A stretch of 64,000 nt of DNA, taken from a bacterium. Its GTDB lineage: Bacteria > Krumholzibacteriota > Krumholzibacteriia > G020349025. The DNA is taken from NCBI GenBank assembly GCA_031362565.1, contig JANLSU010000067.1, positions 32,001 through 96,000 of the forward strand. The letters are read 5' to 3'. Below the pieces are notes generated by a model. The model had not been told where the DNA came from and did not search any database. It saw only the letters and a program-made list of their open reading frames with translations. Made by a program: the position numbers and the translations under genes. Of this stretch, positions 1-10,352 are shown piece by piece (the stretch's first letter is position 1; each line of letters opens with the position of its first letter).

Positions 1-2
1 CG

Positions 3-2693
3 CAGGACGTCGGTACCGTGACCGGTGTCGTCGTCGATTCGACGACCGCGAAACCCTTGCCATTCGCGAATGTCATCTTGGTGGACACGCGCCTGGGTGC
101 CAACGCGAAGATGGACGGCACTTTCGAAATCCGCAGCGTGCCGCCCGGCGAGTACCGGGCCCGCGGCACGTATTTGGGATACGAAGCGAGTTTTCGACCG
201 GTCACCGTGACGGCCGGCGGTACCGGCACCTTGCGCTTTACGCTCCGCAAGAAGATCGCCGCCGGTACCACCAAAAAAATCGTCGTGCTCGACACCCGCC
301 CGCTCGTCAACGTGTCGGAGATCTCGACCGTGCGCTCGACGCGCGCCGAAGACATCAGCAAGATGACTGTCGATGAAGTCTCCGGCGTGGTGCAGCGCCA
401 GGTGGGCGTCTCAGGCACCGACGAAGAGATCCATGTGCGCGGCGGGCGCAGCGACGAAACGCTGTTCCGCATCGAAAGTGTCGCGATGAAAAACGTCGTG
501 ACCGGTGCGCCGGTGGGCGGCCAGCTCTCCGCCAAGGCAGTCCAAGAAATCCAAGTCATTACGGGTGGCTACCAGGCCGAGTACGGCCAGGCGATCAGCG
601 GTGTCGTCGACGTCGAGCTACGGGAGCCGGGGCGCGAACGCAAGTCGGCGGTCGAGGTGCAAGGCGGCAGCTTCGGCACCCAGCGGCTCTTCCTGCAGAC
701 CGAAGGCCGCGAACCGTTGTCGGCGCACATCTTGCCGGCCCTCGGCGTGCACGTTCCGGGCACGTTGGGTCTCTTGCTCGGTGTCGACATGCTGTCCACG
801 GACACCTATTTGCCGAGCCAGCGCCGCACGACCAACTTCAGCGGTACGCGGCGCTCGTTGCGTTCGGGGTACGATGCGTCGCTCTTCGGCTTGCAATTCA
901 ACTACGACGATGTCCTGCGCAGCCGCCAGAAGAACAGCCTGAACGGCTATGCCAAAATGACCTGGCGCCCGACGACGCGGCATCGCGTCAACCTGACGCT
1001 CACCAAGTTCGTCGGCATCGACCACGGCTTCGGACGGTTCCGCCTCGGTGACGAAGTCTCCGACGCGTCGTCGACCAGCACGCCGTACCACTTCGAATTC
1101 CGCGACCAAATGGACCAGTACCCGACCTTCACCGAGGAAACCAACGCCCAAATCCTCAACTGGAAATATGCGATCAACGACAAGTCGTTTTCGTCGACGT
1201 CGATTTCGCACTTTTTCAACACCGTGCAGCAGTCGGTCCAGGGCAAGCTGTGGTCGGAATACGACGAGTGGCGTCCGCCGGGCCGCGACCAGTTCTTCAT
1301 CGCCGACGACAACGGCGACTATCCGTTCTTCCAGGACCTGTTCGTGGACCGCTGGAGTGGGAGCGGCAACTTCACGCGCCGCTGGCACGGCCACCACGAA
1401 TTCAAGGCCGGCATCGAGGCCAGCTACTACACGCTGCAAATGATCGAAATACGCAATCCGCGCGAAGGCCCCGCGGGGCTTGGCAGCGTGCGCGACCTGT
1501 ACCGGGTGCACCCGAACGACGGGTCTTTCTACGCCCAAAATCAGTTCAAGTACGAGGGCTTCGTCGGCCACGCCGGCTTGCGCGGCGACTATCTCTTCCT
1601 CGGCAATGAAGCCGACGACGCGGTCGCCGAGCGCCGCAACGGTATGACCGAATCCGTGGCGCAGGCCTATCTGGACGACACGCGGTCGCTGTTCGGACAT
1701 CGCTACAAGATGTTCTTCAGCCCCCGGCTCGGCATCAACCACCCGATCACCGAACGCGATGAAATGCACTTCAACTTCGGGCATTTCATCCAGTGGCCGC
1801 GGCTCGTGTACTACTACGCCAAGATCGGCTCGAACTCGAGCGAGGCCTTTCCGGTGACCGGCAACCTCGACCTCGATCCGCAGCGCTCGGTGCAGTACGA
1901 AGCCGGCGTCAAACATCAGTTTGGCGACAACGACGCCATCGACGCGACGTTCTTCAACAAGGATGTCTACGACTATCCGACGGCGACACGCCCGGTCGAA
2001 GCGGCGGCGCGCCGGCTGGTGTACATCAACGACGATTTTTCGCGCACCCGTGGCTTCGAATTCCAGTACCAGCACCGCGCCAGCAGGCGCCTCTCCGGCA
2101 CCGCGTCCTACGAGTATCAGATCGCGACCGGCAAACCCGCCGATCCGAACCGCATCAAGCAAGTCGATCCCGACGCGCTGGAAACCGGCGACGTGGAGCC
2201 CGACCTGACCGAACAGTTCATGCCGTGGAACCGGCCGCACCGCGTGCAGCTGACGGTGGACTGGCGGTTTGGCAAAGGCGATCGCACCAAACTGGGCGGC
2301 TGGACGCTGCCGGACAACTGGGGCGTGAACGCCTACTACACGCTGCAATCGGGCCGCCCGTATACGCCCACCAACTCGCGTGGCGAGCGCACCGGGAAGA
2401 ACAACTCCAAGAATGCGCCGTTCGAGAATGATCTGGATCTCAAGCTCAACAAACGCTGGGACCTGCGTGCCGGGTCGTGTTTCGGCGTCAATTTCGAAGC
2501 GCGCAACGTCTTCAACACCCAGGTTCTGCGCGTTGTCGATCCGAGCACTGGGGCGAAACCGCAAGTCGGCGTCGGCCGCTACCAGACCCTGACAACCGAT
2601 ACGTCGCGCGCCACGCTTGCCCAGTCGCTGTCGAGTCCCGCCTTCTTCGCCGAAGGCCGCAACCTCCGGCTTGGGTTGGAGGTGACGTTCTGA
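3..2693 (+). CDS. TonB-dependent receptor with N-terminal carboxypeptidase-regulatory-like domain (5'-partial)
   Basis: Frame is open to the window edge (QDVGTVTGVVVD..PLPFANV). Plug motifs HVRGGRSDE and TGGYQAEYGQAISGVV, barrel motifs SPRLG and GNLDLDP, C-terminal ...LGLEVTF (terminal Phe). Confidence 0.92.
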   Translation, partial: QDVGTVTGVVVDSTTAKPLPFANVILVDTRLGANAKMDGTFEIRSVPPGEYRARGTYLGYEASFRPVTVTAGGTGTLRFTLRKKIAAGTTKKIVVLDTRPLVNVSEISTVRSTRAEDISKMTVDEVSGVVQRQVGVSGTDEEIHVRGGRSDETLFRIESVAMKNVVTGAPVGGQLSAKAVQEIQVITGGYQAEYGQAISGVVDVELREPGRERKSAVEVQGGSFGTQRLFLQTEGREPLSAHILPALGVHVPGTLGLLLGVDMLSTDTYLPSQRRTTNFSGTRRSLRSGYDASLFGLQFNYDDVLRSRQKNSLNGYAKMTWRPTTRHRVNLTLTKFVGIDHGFGRFRLGDEVSDASSTSTPYHFEFRDQMDQYPTFTEETNAQILNWKYAINDKSFSSTSISHFFNTVQQSVQGKLWSEYDEWRPPGRDQFFIADDNGDYPFFQDLFVDRWSGSGNFTRRWHGHHEFKAGIEASYYTLQMIEIRNPREGPAGLGSVRDLYRVHPNDGSFYAQNQFKYEGFVGHAGLRGDYLFLGNEADDAVAERRNGMTESVAQAYLDDTRSLFGHRYKMFFSPRLGINHPITERDEMHFNFGHFIQWPRLVYYYAKIGSNSSEAFPVTGNLDLDPQRSVQYEAGVKHQFGDNDAIDATFFNKDVYDYPTATRPVEAAARRLVYINDDFSRTRGFEFQYQHRASRRLSGTASYEYQIATGKPADPNRIKQVDPDALETGDVEPDLTEQFMPWNRPHRVQLTVDWRFGKGDRTKLGGWTLPDNWGVNAYYTLQSGRPYTPTNSRGERTGKNNSKNAPFENDLDLKLNKRWDLRAGSCFGVNFEARNVFNTQVLRVVDPSTGAKPQVGVGRYQTLTTDTSRATLAQSLSSPAFFAEGRNLRLGLEVTF

Positions 2694-3715
2694 TGCGCCG
2701 GCTGCCTACCGCTTCGCAACACCTCGTGACCGGTCTCACGGCGCTCGCGGTTGCCGTGACCGGCGCGCCGCCCGTCGCACGCGCCGCCGAAGAACTGGGC
2801 GCGCAGCGCGTCGCGACCTCCATGTTGACCTTCTTGAAGATCGGCGTCGGCGCCCGCGCCGAGGCCATGGGCGAGGCCTTCGTCCCGGTGGCCGACGACG
2901 CGACGACGTTGCATTGGAATCCCGCCGGCATCGGCGACCTGCCCAAACGCAGCGTGCATGTCTCGCACACGAGCTGGCCGGCCGACATCGACTATCAGAA
3001 CGCTATTTACGTGCAGCCGACGGGGTTTTTCGGCGGCGGTTTCGGCGTCCAGATCGCCTCACTGCGGACGACCCTCGACTACACGACCGAAGCCGAACCG
3101 TTGCCGCACGGCCGCACGTTCGGCTATTCCGACCTGTTGCTCGGCGTCGGCTACTCGCGGCCGTTCACCGACCACTTCACCCTCGGCGTCGGGCTCAAGT
3201 ACCTGCGTGAGGATCTGGGTTCGGACGTCGGCGGCAGCGTGCTCGGCTCCTGGAGCCTCGACATGGGCACGGTTTTCCGCCTGCCGTACCGCGGGTTTCG
3301 CGTCTCGATGGCGTGGACCAACTTCGGGCCGGATTTCAAACCACCGGGTGGGTTCCACAGTGTGGGTCCCAATCCGAGCGACGTGCGCTACGCCAGCTTT
3401 TCGCCGGCCAGCATCTTTGCCTTCGGAGTGGCGCTCGAACCGATCAAGCGCCAGCACTATCGCTTGCTGACCGCATTGCAGTTCGACCATCCGGCCGACG
3501 GCGCGGAACTCGTCAAGGGTGGCGCCGAACTGTGGCTCGACGAAATGCTGGCGCTGCGCGCCGGTTGGAACCCGCGCTCGGCGGAAATGGATTTCTCGAC
3601 CGGAATCGGTCTGCGCGGCGCCTTCTCGGGGCGCGTCGTGCACTTCGACTACGCCTACACCGACGGCAATGCACTCGGGCGCGTCGACCGCTTCAGTGTG
3701 GAGGTCGAGTTCTGA
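2693..3715 (+). CDS. PorV/PorQ-family (FadL-like) outer-membrane beta-barrel protein
   Basis: Signal peptide, then FLKIGVGARAEAMGEAFVPVADDATTLHWNPAG, characteristic of PorV/UPF0164. Ends ...FSVEVEF. The ATG overlaps the upstream TGA (TGATG). Confidence 0.85.
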   Translation: MRRLPTASQHLVTGLTALAVAVTGAPPVARAAEELGAQRVATSMLTFLKIGVGARAEAMGEAFVPVADDATTLHWNPAGIGDLPKRSVHVSHTSWPADIDYQNAIYVQPTGFFGGGFGVQIASLRTTLDYTTEAEPLPHGRTFGYSDLLLGVGYSRPFTDHFTLGVGLKYLREDLGSDVGGSVLGSWSLDMGTVFRLPYRGFRVSMAWTNFGPDFKPPGGFHSVGPNPSDVRYASFSPASIFAFGVALEPIKRQHYRLLTALQFDHPADGAELVKGGAELWLDEMLALRAGWNPRSAEMDFSTGIGLRGAFSGRVVHFDYAYTDGNALGRVDRFSVEVEF

Positions 3716-4746
3716 TGCACCCGACCGCCACCACACGACGGGCGAGCGTGTCACGGCTCGCCTGGTTGATGCTCGCCGCGTCGATGTTCGCTGGACTCGA
3801 CACCGGTTGCGGGCGGCGGCTCGATTTGCCTGCCGAGCCCGATTCGGACGGCGGCCCGGCCGGGGAAGTCGCGTACGTCAAGAAATACGCCTGGGATGGC
3901 TTGCCGGCGCTCACCGATCTCGTGTTGACGCGCGGCCAGCAGCTCTACGGCATCGACCCCGCGGGCCGGGTGCGCAGTTGGTTTTCCGATACCGCGACAC
4001 CGCGCGAGAACACGTCTCGCAACCTGCCGGTCGATGTGATCGTCGGACCGGACACGCTGCGGGCGCCGGTGCAACTCTGTGAGGGCCTGGGCAGCACGCT
4101 GTGGGTGGCGTACTCGCAGCCGCAGCCGACGCTCTTGCAGTGGAATGTCGGTGTCGTGCCGCCGGTGCCAGTCGATTCCGGCGTCGTTCGCGACAACGCG
4201 TTCCGGCGTTTCGGCGGCATCGCCGCCGACCCTGACAGCAATCTCGTCTATGTGGCCGACGACAGCGTCAGCACGATCACCAAGTACGCGCCGTCGCGGA
4301 CCGGCGGCCATCGCATCGCCACCCTCGCCTCGCAGGGCAATGGGGATCATTTCGTTCAGCAGCCGCACGGCTTGTTCGCGTTCGGGGATTCACTCCTGGT
4401 CGCCGACACCGGTAAGAACTGGCTGCAGGTTCTCTCGTCGCGGGTGCCGTTCAGCGGCCGCGGCCAAGTGGAGGGTCCGATCGACCAACCGTTGCAGATG
4501 ATCTTGCCCCGCGACGTGTGGATCGACCCAACCGGCTTTTTCTACGTTACCGACACCGGCAACGCGCGGGTCTTGAAACTCACCCGCCAGGGCCGCATCA
4601 AGGAAATCGTCACCGAGCTGGACGTCGCTGCGGCCGACCATCCGAACACTCTCGCGGCCACCGACACCAAGGTTTGGGTCGTGGATCCCGACCTCGGCCG
4701 GTTGACCATCTATCAATTGAATACGGCGAGTGAGGGATTGCCATGA
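3715..4746 (+). CDS. NHL-repeat / beta-propeller lipoprotein
   Basis: Signal ending ...DTGC. Repeats VYVADD, LLVADTGKN, FYVTDTGNARVLK, VWVVDP. TGATG coupling. Confidence 0.75.
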   Translation: MHPTATTRRASVSRLAWLMLAASMFAGLDTGCGRRLDLPAEPDSDGGPAGEVAYVKKYAWDGLPALTDLVLTRGQQLYGIDPAGRVRSWFSDTATPRENTSRNLPVDVIVGPDTLRAPVQLCEGLGSTLWVAYSQPQPTLLQWNVGVVPPVPVDSGVVRDNAFRRFGGIAADPDSNLVYVADDSVSTITKYAPSRTGGHRIATLASQGNGDHFVQQPHGLFAFGDSLLVADTGKNWLQVLSSRVPFSGRGQVEGPIDQPLQMILPRDVWIDPTGFFYVTDTGNARVLKLTRQGRIKEIVTELDVAAADHPNTLAATDTKVWVVDPDLGRLTIYQLNTASEGLP

Positions 4747-6782
4747 TGCCACAGACACGCCGCCGTACAATCGCCGGTTTCGTGTTGCTCGGCGTGCTTG
4801 CCGCCGGCCTGGGGATCGCGCGCGCCGGCTCGCCGGAACGCGACGCCGTGAACAGCACGCCGGCGCCCCGCGGGCTGACTTTCTCGAGTAGCCGCAGCGG
4901 CGACGAGATCGAAGCGACAAGCTGCCTTTTGACCCCCACCGATATCGGCAATGTCCGCCTGATCGTGTCGAGCAACGGCACGTTCGGCACCGGGTTCTCG
5001 GCGCGCGAAACACCGTCGATGGAATGGCCGGCGCGCTCCGGCATCGACCATATGGTCCGCGCCTCGGTCTGGGTGGGGGCTATCAGTGCTGCCTCGGGTG
5101 ACACCCTGGTCTCGATCGGCGGACGCGACGCGCAATACACCGATGCCATCTGCCAGTACTCCGAGTGGACGCCGGTCGGCGGCCGGCCGCTGGAATTCTC
5201 GCGCCTGCGCACCAGCCCGTTCTACCGCAGCGGCACGGTGTCCGACGAAAATCTGCACACCGTGTACGTCGACTCGGTCCTCGTGCCGCGCACCGGCGCC
5301 GAACCACCGCACCGGCCGCTCGGGGTGCGTCTCGTGCAAGAAACCTATACCTGGGGATTCGACCCGCTCGATGACTTCGTGATCGTCGAGATGAACGTCG
5401 TCAACACCGGCGACATCTCGCTGCAGGACGTGTGGGTCGGCATCTACAGCGAAATGGTCACCAACGACCGGCAAGCCAACTGGCCGACCTGGCCGCCCGG
5501 CGGGCGTTGGTTCGATTTCCAAGCCCCGGAGTGGGATGCCGAACGCCACATGCTGGTCAACCACAACACCGAACGCCGGTTTGTGGGACCGGACGTGCGT
5601 GCGGCCATTAAAGTGCTGGGAACGGGCGGCCAAGGCCCCTTTGGGCGCGGCCCGGACAGCCTGTCGACGAAGCGCATTTCGCTCACGGCCTGGAACTGGA
5701 GCCCGACCCAGTTCCAAACCTGGACCGACGATTCGCTCTACATCCGCATGAGCACCGGGCGGATCACGAATCTCGACTCGACGATTTTCTCACCCGGCAT
5801 CGAAGCGAATCCGGTGACGATCGTTGCGGCGGGGCCGTTCGCGCAACTCGCGCCTGGCGACACCGCGCAAGTCGTGTTCGCGTTCATTGCCGCCGAGAGC
5901 CAAGTGGATCTCGAGAAGAACGCCTTCTGGGCCCAAAAGGCGTACAACGACAAGTACGCGCTGCCGTCGCCCCCCAGTCCGCCGCGGGTGCGCGTCTATC
6001 CGCGCCACAACGAAATCGTGCTGCGCTGGAACAGCGCGCCGGAATCCGAACCCGATCCCGCGACGCATTTGCCCGACTTCCAGGGCTATCGCGTCTACTT
6101 GAGCGAGAGCCCGCTGGCGGCGCGTTTCCAACTCGCACAGCAATACGACGTGCGCGATGGCGTCGGCTTCGATACCGGTTTGGAGGGCGTGCGCTTGCCG
6201 CAGCCCTATATCGATGGCCCCGACACGTTGCAGTACGAGGCACACTTGACCGGCATCCCCGACGGCCAGAAACGCTACGTTGCCGTCACCTCCTACGACT
6301 TCCAACAGGGCGTACCGCCGACTCTCGAGAGCGGTGTCTTGACGAATTCGGTGTACTGCATCACCGGCCCCGATGCCGCCCAAGCGCGCGGCCACAAGGT
6401 GAGCGTGTTCCCGAACCCCTATCGCGGTGAGTCGACCTTCGATGGCCGCGACGCACAGGGTGGCCTGAACCCACGCAAGCGCATCATTTGGTTCGTGAAC
6501 CTGCCGTCGCGGTCGCGGGTGCGCATTTACACCCTGGCCGGCGACCTGGTGCGCAGCTACGAGTACGACGCCGCGACGTATCGCGGCACCGAAGCGCAGG
6601 GGATCAAACCCGACAATGCGGACCTGTCGCAGGGCCGCTATCTGGTGACGGGCGGCACCATGGTCGCCTTCGATTTGCTGAGCGAGAACCGGCAGGAAAT
6701 CGCCACCGGCCTCTATCTGTTCTCGGTCAAGGACCTGGCGAACGGCGACACGCAGCAGGGCAAGTTCTTGGTGCTCAAGTAA
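4743..6782 (+). CDS. Secreted protein with FN3-like domain and C-terminal T9SS-CTD/FlgD-like sorting domain
   Basis: Signal peptide. PSPPSPP linker followed by LRWN...DFQGYRVY...YVAVTSYD (FN3-like). Terminal KVSVFPNPY...VRIYTLAGDLVR...ATGLYLFSV...GKFLVLK. Confidence 0.75.
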   Translation: MMPQTRRRTIAGFVLLGVLAAGLGIARAGSPERDAVNSTPAPRGLTFSSSRSGDEIEATSCLLTPTDIGNVRLIVSSNGTFGTGFSARETPSMEWPARSGIDHMVRASVWVGAISAASGDTLVSIGGRDAQYTDAICQYSEWTPVGGRPLEFSRLRTSPFYRSGTVSDENLHTVYVDSVLVPRTGAEPPHRPLGVRLVQETYTWGFDPLDDFVIVEMNVVNTGDISLQDVWVGIYSEMVTNDRQANWPTWPPGGRWFDFQAPEWDAERHMLVNHNTERRFVGPDVRAAIKVLGTGGQGPFGRGPDSLSTKRISLTAWNWSPTQFQTWTDDSLYIRMSTGRITNLDSTIFSPGIEANPVTIVAAGPFAQLAPGDTAQVVFAFIAAESQVDLEKNAFWAQKAYNDKYALPSPPSPPRVRVYPRHNEIVLRWNSAPESEPDPATHLPDFQGYRVYLSESPLAARFQLAQQYDVRDGVGFDTGLEGVRLPQPYIDGPDTLQYEAHLTGIPDGQKRYVAVTSYDFQQGVPPTLESGVLTNSVYCITGPDAAQARGHKVSVFPNPYRGESTFDGRDAQGGLNPRKRIIWFVNLPSRSRVRIYTLAGDLVRSYEYDAATYRGTEAQGIKPDNADLSQGRYLVTGGTMVAFDLLSENRQEIATGLYLFSVKDLANGDTQQGKFLVLK

Positions 6783-6798
6783 CGGGAGCGGTGGTGCC

Positions 6799-8334
6799 TT
6801 GAGATTCGAGCCCGCACAGACAGGGTTGCGCCGGGGGCGGCGCGGCACGGCTGGGATCGTGCTTTTGGCCGCGCTCGCGCTGGGGCTGGGCCTCGGTGGG
6901 CCGGGCTGCGACGACTCGATCGACCCCAAGCCCCCCAAGGAAGGCAACCTGGCGCCGGAGACCTTCCTGCTGGTGCGCGCCGACAGCGTCGCGCCGCAGT
7001 TCTACAAGCTGCCTTTGGCCTGGCTCGGCACGGATCCCGATGGCCGGGTGGCGGGCTACAACGTTCGCTGGCAGTGCATCACCACCCCGGGCATCGCCTG
7101 CACCGATCCGGTAGCATGGTCGTTCACCACCGCGACCCGTGACACGTTTATCCTCCAGGTTCCGCAAGGCACCGCCACCTATCGCTTCGACGTCGCAGCC
7201 GTAGATGACCAGGGGGCGGTGGACCCGACCCCGGCGAGCCAGGTGGTCCGCTTCTACAACGCCGCGCCGATCGTGGCTTTTCAGGCTTCGACGACCCCGA
7301 CGCGCACTCTGCCGGCGGTGACCTTTTACGCCGAGGCGGTCGACCCGGACAGCTCCGTCAACCCCAACGACCACGACGCGGCGGGAACGATTGCGCAATA
7401 TCGCGCCTGGCTGGATGGCAACGAAGCCGCGGCCCATACGGTCCCCGCGGCAGCGGCCGGCGTGACGTTCCGTCCCGAAGACTTCCAGGGGCGTTTCGGC
7501 TCCCGCACCGTGTTTCTGCAGGCGATCGATACGGGCGGCCAATCCAGTGCGCTGGTGCAACATACCTGGCAAGTCGACGCGCCGCCCGATCAGGGGATTC
7601 TGCTCGTCGACGACTGCCGCATGGGCGGGTTCCTGGAACAGTTTTCGGATACTTCGTACCGCAATGCACTGACCGCCGCCGCCCCGGGGCGTCCGGTCGT
7701 GATGGACGTCGAGACCATTCCGCGCCTCGGCAGGGCAGATCTGGAAGCGACACTCTCGCTCTTCCATGACGTCGTCTGGTATACTGACGCCGATACGGTT
7801 TCATCCGGGGCGCTCGAATTGGCGCGGGCCGGCCTCGATTCGCTGCTCAGCCGCGGCGGCAACATGCTGCTGGTGACTGGGTTGGCGTTCGGCACGCGTG
7901 GTGCGTTCGGGCCCGAAGAGCCGCGTTTCCGCGACTTCTTCGGAATCGAAACGGTGTTCCGGGGTCCGAACGGCAGCACGAATTTCGCGCTCAGCCTGAC
8001 GGACTCGGTACGCGCGGTGGTAACGCCCGCCGTCACGCAGTTCCACTTCTTGAGCTTCGGATTGGGCGCAGTGATGGAGTGCTTCGGGTCGCGGCAGGAC
8101 GCCGCAACGCAGAGCCTCTATTTCTACCCGGAATCGACGTTCGTGCGCGGCGACAGTCTGACCCCCTTCGCGAACACCGTCCAGTTCGACGTCGGGGTGC
8201 AGCACCAGGTAGCCGCGGGCGGGCACGCCATTTACGTGAGTTTCCCGCTCGGGGTGCCGATCAACGACGTCCTGTCGGGCGAGAACGAGGCCGAGATCCG
8301 CGAGCTCCTGCGACTTGCGGGCATGGTCCCTTGA
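6799..8334 (+). CDS. Hypothetical lipoprotein (Ig-like N-terminal domains, alpha/beta C-terminal domain)
   Basis: TTG start after GGAG. Hydrophobic signal ending GPGC. APETFL...GTDPDGRVAGY...AVDDQGAVDPTPA Ig-like pattern. Confidence 0.7.
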   Translation: MRFEPAQTGLRRGRRGTAGIVLLAALALGLGLGGPGCDDSIDPKPPKEGNLAPETFLLVRADSVAPQFYKLPLAWLGTDPDGRVAGYNVRWQCITTPGIACTDPVAWSFTTATRDTFILQVPQGTATYRFDVAAVDDQGAVDPTPASQVVRFYNAAPIVAFQASTTPTRTLPAVTFYAEAVDPDSSVNPNDHDAAGTIAQYRAWLDGNEAAAHTVPAAAAGVTFRPEDFQGRFGSRTVFLQAIDTGGQSSALVQHTWQVDAPPDQGILLVDDCRMGGFLEQFSDTSYRNALTAAAPGRPVVMDVETIPRLGRADLEATLSLFHDVVWYTDADTVSSGALELARAGLDSLLSRGGNMLLVTGLAFGTRGAFGPEEPRFRDFFGIETVFRGPNGSTNFALSLTDSVRAVVTPAVTQFHFLSFGLGAVMECFGSRQDAATQSLYFYPESTFVRGDSLTPFANTVQFDVGVQHQVAAGGHAIYVSFPLGVPINDVLSGENEAEIRELLRLAGMVP

Positions 8335-8368
8335 AGTAAGCGAGTCGCAGGCAAAGGGGAGGAACCGC

Positions 8369-10324
8369 ATGAAACACATCCTTCGGGTGCTCACGGTGGG
8401 CGCCGTGGCGGTGCTGCTCGCCGCGAGCGGTGCGTTCGCCGTCGACACCACCATCTACAACATTCAGCAGGGCCTGCATTTGTCCGGTGCGGCGGTGAAG
8501 GTCCTCAGTGTCGTGATCATCGGCGTCGACGTGAAGCCGAGCACCTACGGCGTGTACGTCCAGGAATCGGCCGGCGGTGCCTATAGCGGTATCCTGGCGT
8601 TCACAGGTTCGACTTTCCCCGCCTACACGCCGGTATCGACGGTGCCCGCGGTCGGTGACGTGGTCAATGTCGAGGGGCTCTACACGGAATTCAGCGGCCT
8701 GTCGGAAATCACCAACCCGATCTTCACCAAGATCGGCACGACGACACCGCTCGTGCCGATCAAGCTGCCCGTCGACTCCCTGAAGGTCAACTATGCGGGC
8801 TCCGAACGCTGGGAAGGCGTGCTCGTTCGCGTCGACTCGGTGATCGTGACGTCGCTCAACGGTTTCAACGACTGGCGCGTGCATCACTTCAACGGTCCCG
8901 TCGGCGGGCGCGTCGATAGCCTCGTGGGCTACGAAAAGATGGTCGCCGGCCAGGTGGTGCCGGAAGTCACCGACAAGCTGAACGTCATCGGCGTCGCTGA
9001 TTTCGCCTTCTCGGAACGCCGCATCGCGCCGCGCAACGACGCCGACATCACGTTTCTGACCCCGGGTCCGGCGGCGGTGCCCAATCTGTGTTACTCGCCG
9101 GCCGAGAACAAGATCAAGGTGCGGTTCAACGTCGCGTTGAACGCCGCCGACGCCCAGACGACGTCGAAGTATTCTCTGAGTACGCTGACGCCGATCACGA
9201 GCGCCGTGTATACGGCCGCCACCAAGACCGTCCTCTTGACGACGTCCGTGAACCTGACGCCGTCGGTCACGCCGCACGTCCTGTCGATCAGCGGCATCCG
9301 CAACAGCCAGGGCACGCCGATGGTGGATCCGCAGACCATCAGCTTCATCGGCGGTGTCACGACGATCCCGTTCATTCAGACGCCGAAGTCGGCGACCAAT
9401 GACACGAGCCAAGTCGTCGGCCAGCAGGTGTCGTTCCGCGGCGTGTGCACCGGCAGTACCGCGGGTGCGTCGCCGGACTTCCCGCCGAGCATCGGTGGGT
9501 TCTACGTCCAGCAGCGTAGCGCGACCCAGTACGGCGGCATCTTCGTCTTCGGTTCACCGTCGACGCCGGCGCGCGGCGACAGCGTGTTCCTGAGCGGGCT
9601 CCTGACCGAGTTCGGGGTGGGCCCCGAGACCGAGTTGACGAGTGTCGACGAAATGACCGTACTCGGTACGAACCGTCCGCCGATCACGCCACCCGTGGTG
9701 TCGCTCTTGAACGCCAGCGGGACGATCCCGGCCGAGGCCGAGAAGTACGAAAGCATGCTCATCAAGATTCCGAACGTCTTCTCGCTCTTCACGGGCACGT
9801 TTGGTACGTCGTTCAATGTCTCGCAGAGCTTGGCCGGCGGCGATACGCTCCGAGTCGACAACTTCGCGATCAACGACCAGCAGTACGCGCCCTGGCGCGG
9901 CGATAACGACGACATCACCGGGATCATCCGGTTCAGCGGCACGGCGCCTTTCCGCCGCATCGAACCGCGCAACTGGTCCGAGCCACCGACGGGTGACATC
10001 CACGTCATCGCCAAGGCCAACGTGTCCGACGCGCCGCCCACGGCACTCCGGACGCAGTTGCTGCAGAATCAGCCGAATCCGTTCAACCCGACGACCCGTA
10101 TCGACTTCACCCTGGAACACGCGGGTCCGGTCGCGGTGCGGATCTACGATCCGGCCGGCAAGCTCGTCCGCACGGTCTTCTCGGGCGAGAAGGCGGCCGG
10201 CTTGAATAGCGTCACGTGGGACGGCAAGAACGACCAGGGCCGCCAGGCCGGTACGGGCCTCTACCTGTATCGCCTCGCCGCCGGTACCTTCACTCAAACC
10301 CGCAAGATGATGCTGCTCAAGTAA
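8369..10324 (+). CDS. Secreted tandem OB-fold protein with C-terminal FlgD-Ig/T9SS-type domain
   Basis: SD GGGGAGG and signal peptide (AFA). Two copies of TIxxIQ...[VF]YVQ...Y[SG]GI..F...GD.V...G..TEF...E.[WY]E..L.[RK]. C-terminus LLQNQPNPFNPTTRI...IYDPAGKLVR...WDGKNDQG...GLYLYRL...RKMMLLK. Confidence 0.8.
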   Translation: MKHILRVLTVGAVAVLLAASGAFAVDTTIYNIQQGLHLSGAAVKVLSVVIIGVDVKPSTYGVYVQESAGGAYSGILAFTGSTFPAYTPVSTVPAVGDVVNVEGLYTEFSGLSEITNPIFTKIGTTTPLVPIKLPVDSLKVNYAGSERWEGVLVRVDSVIVTSLNGFNDWRVHHFNGPVGGRVDSLVGYEKMVAGQVVPEVTDKLNVIGVADFAFSERRIAPRNDADITFLTPGPAAVPNLCYSPAENKIKVRFNVALNAADAQTTSKYSLSTLTPITSAVYTAATKTVLLTTSVNLTPSVTPHVLSISGIRNSQGTPMVDPQTISFIGGVTTIPFIQTPKSATNDTSQVVGQQVSFRGVCTGSTAGASPDFPPSIGGFYVQQRSATQYGGIFVFGSPSTPARGDSVFLSGLLTEFGVGPETELTSVDEMTVLGTNRPPITPPVVSLLNASGTIPAEAEKYESMLIKIPNVFSLFTGTFGTSFNVSQSLAGGDTLRVDNFAINDQQYAPWRGDNDDITGIIRFSGTAPFRRIEPRNWSEPPTGDIHVIAKANVSDAPPTALRTQLLQNQPNPFNPTTRIDFTLEHAGPVAVRIYDPAGKLVRTVFSGEKAAGLNSVTWDGKNDQGRQAGTGLYLYRLAAGTFTQTRKMMLLK

Positions 10325-10352
10325 GCTGCATCGTTTCAAGGGTCTAGATCCC

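Noticed and set aside
2691..4746. TGA readthrough or selenocysteine at the TGATG junctions
   Set aside because: The upstream proteins end at natural C-termini (terminal Phe of the barrels) and the next genes start with their own signal peptides, so this is ordinary translational coupling.
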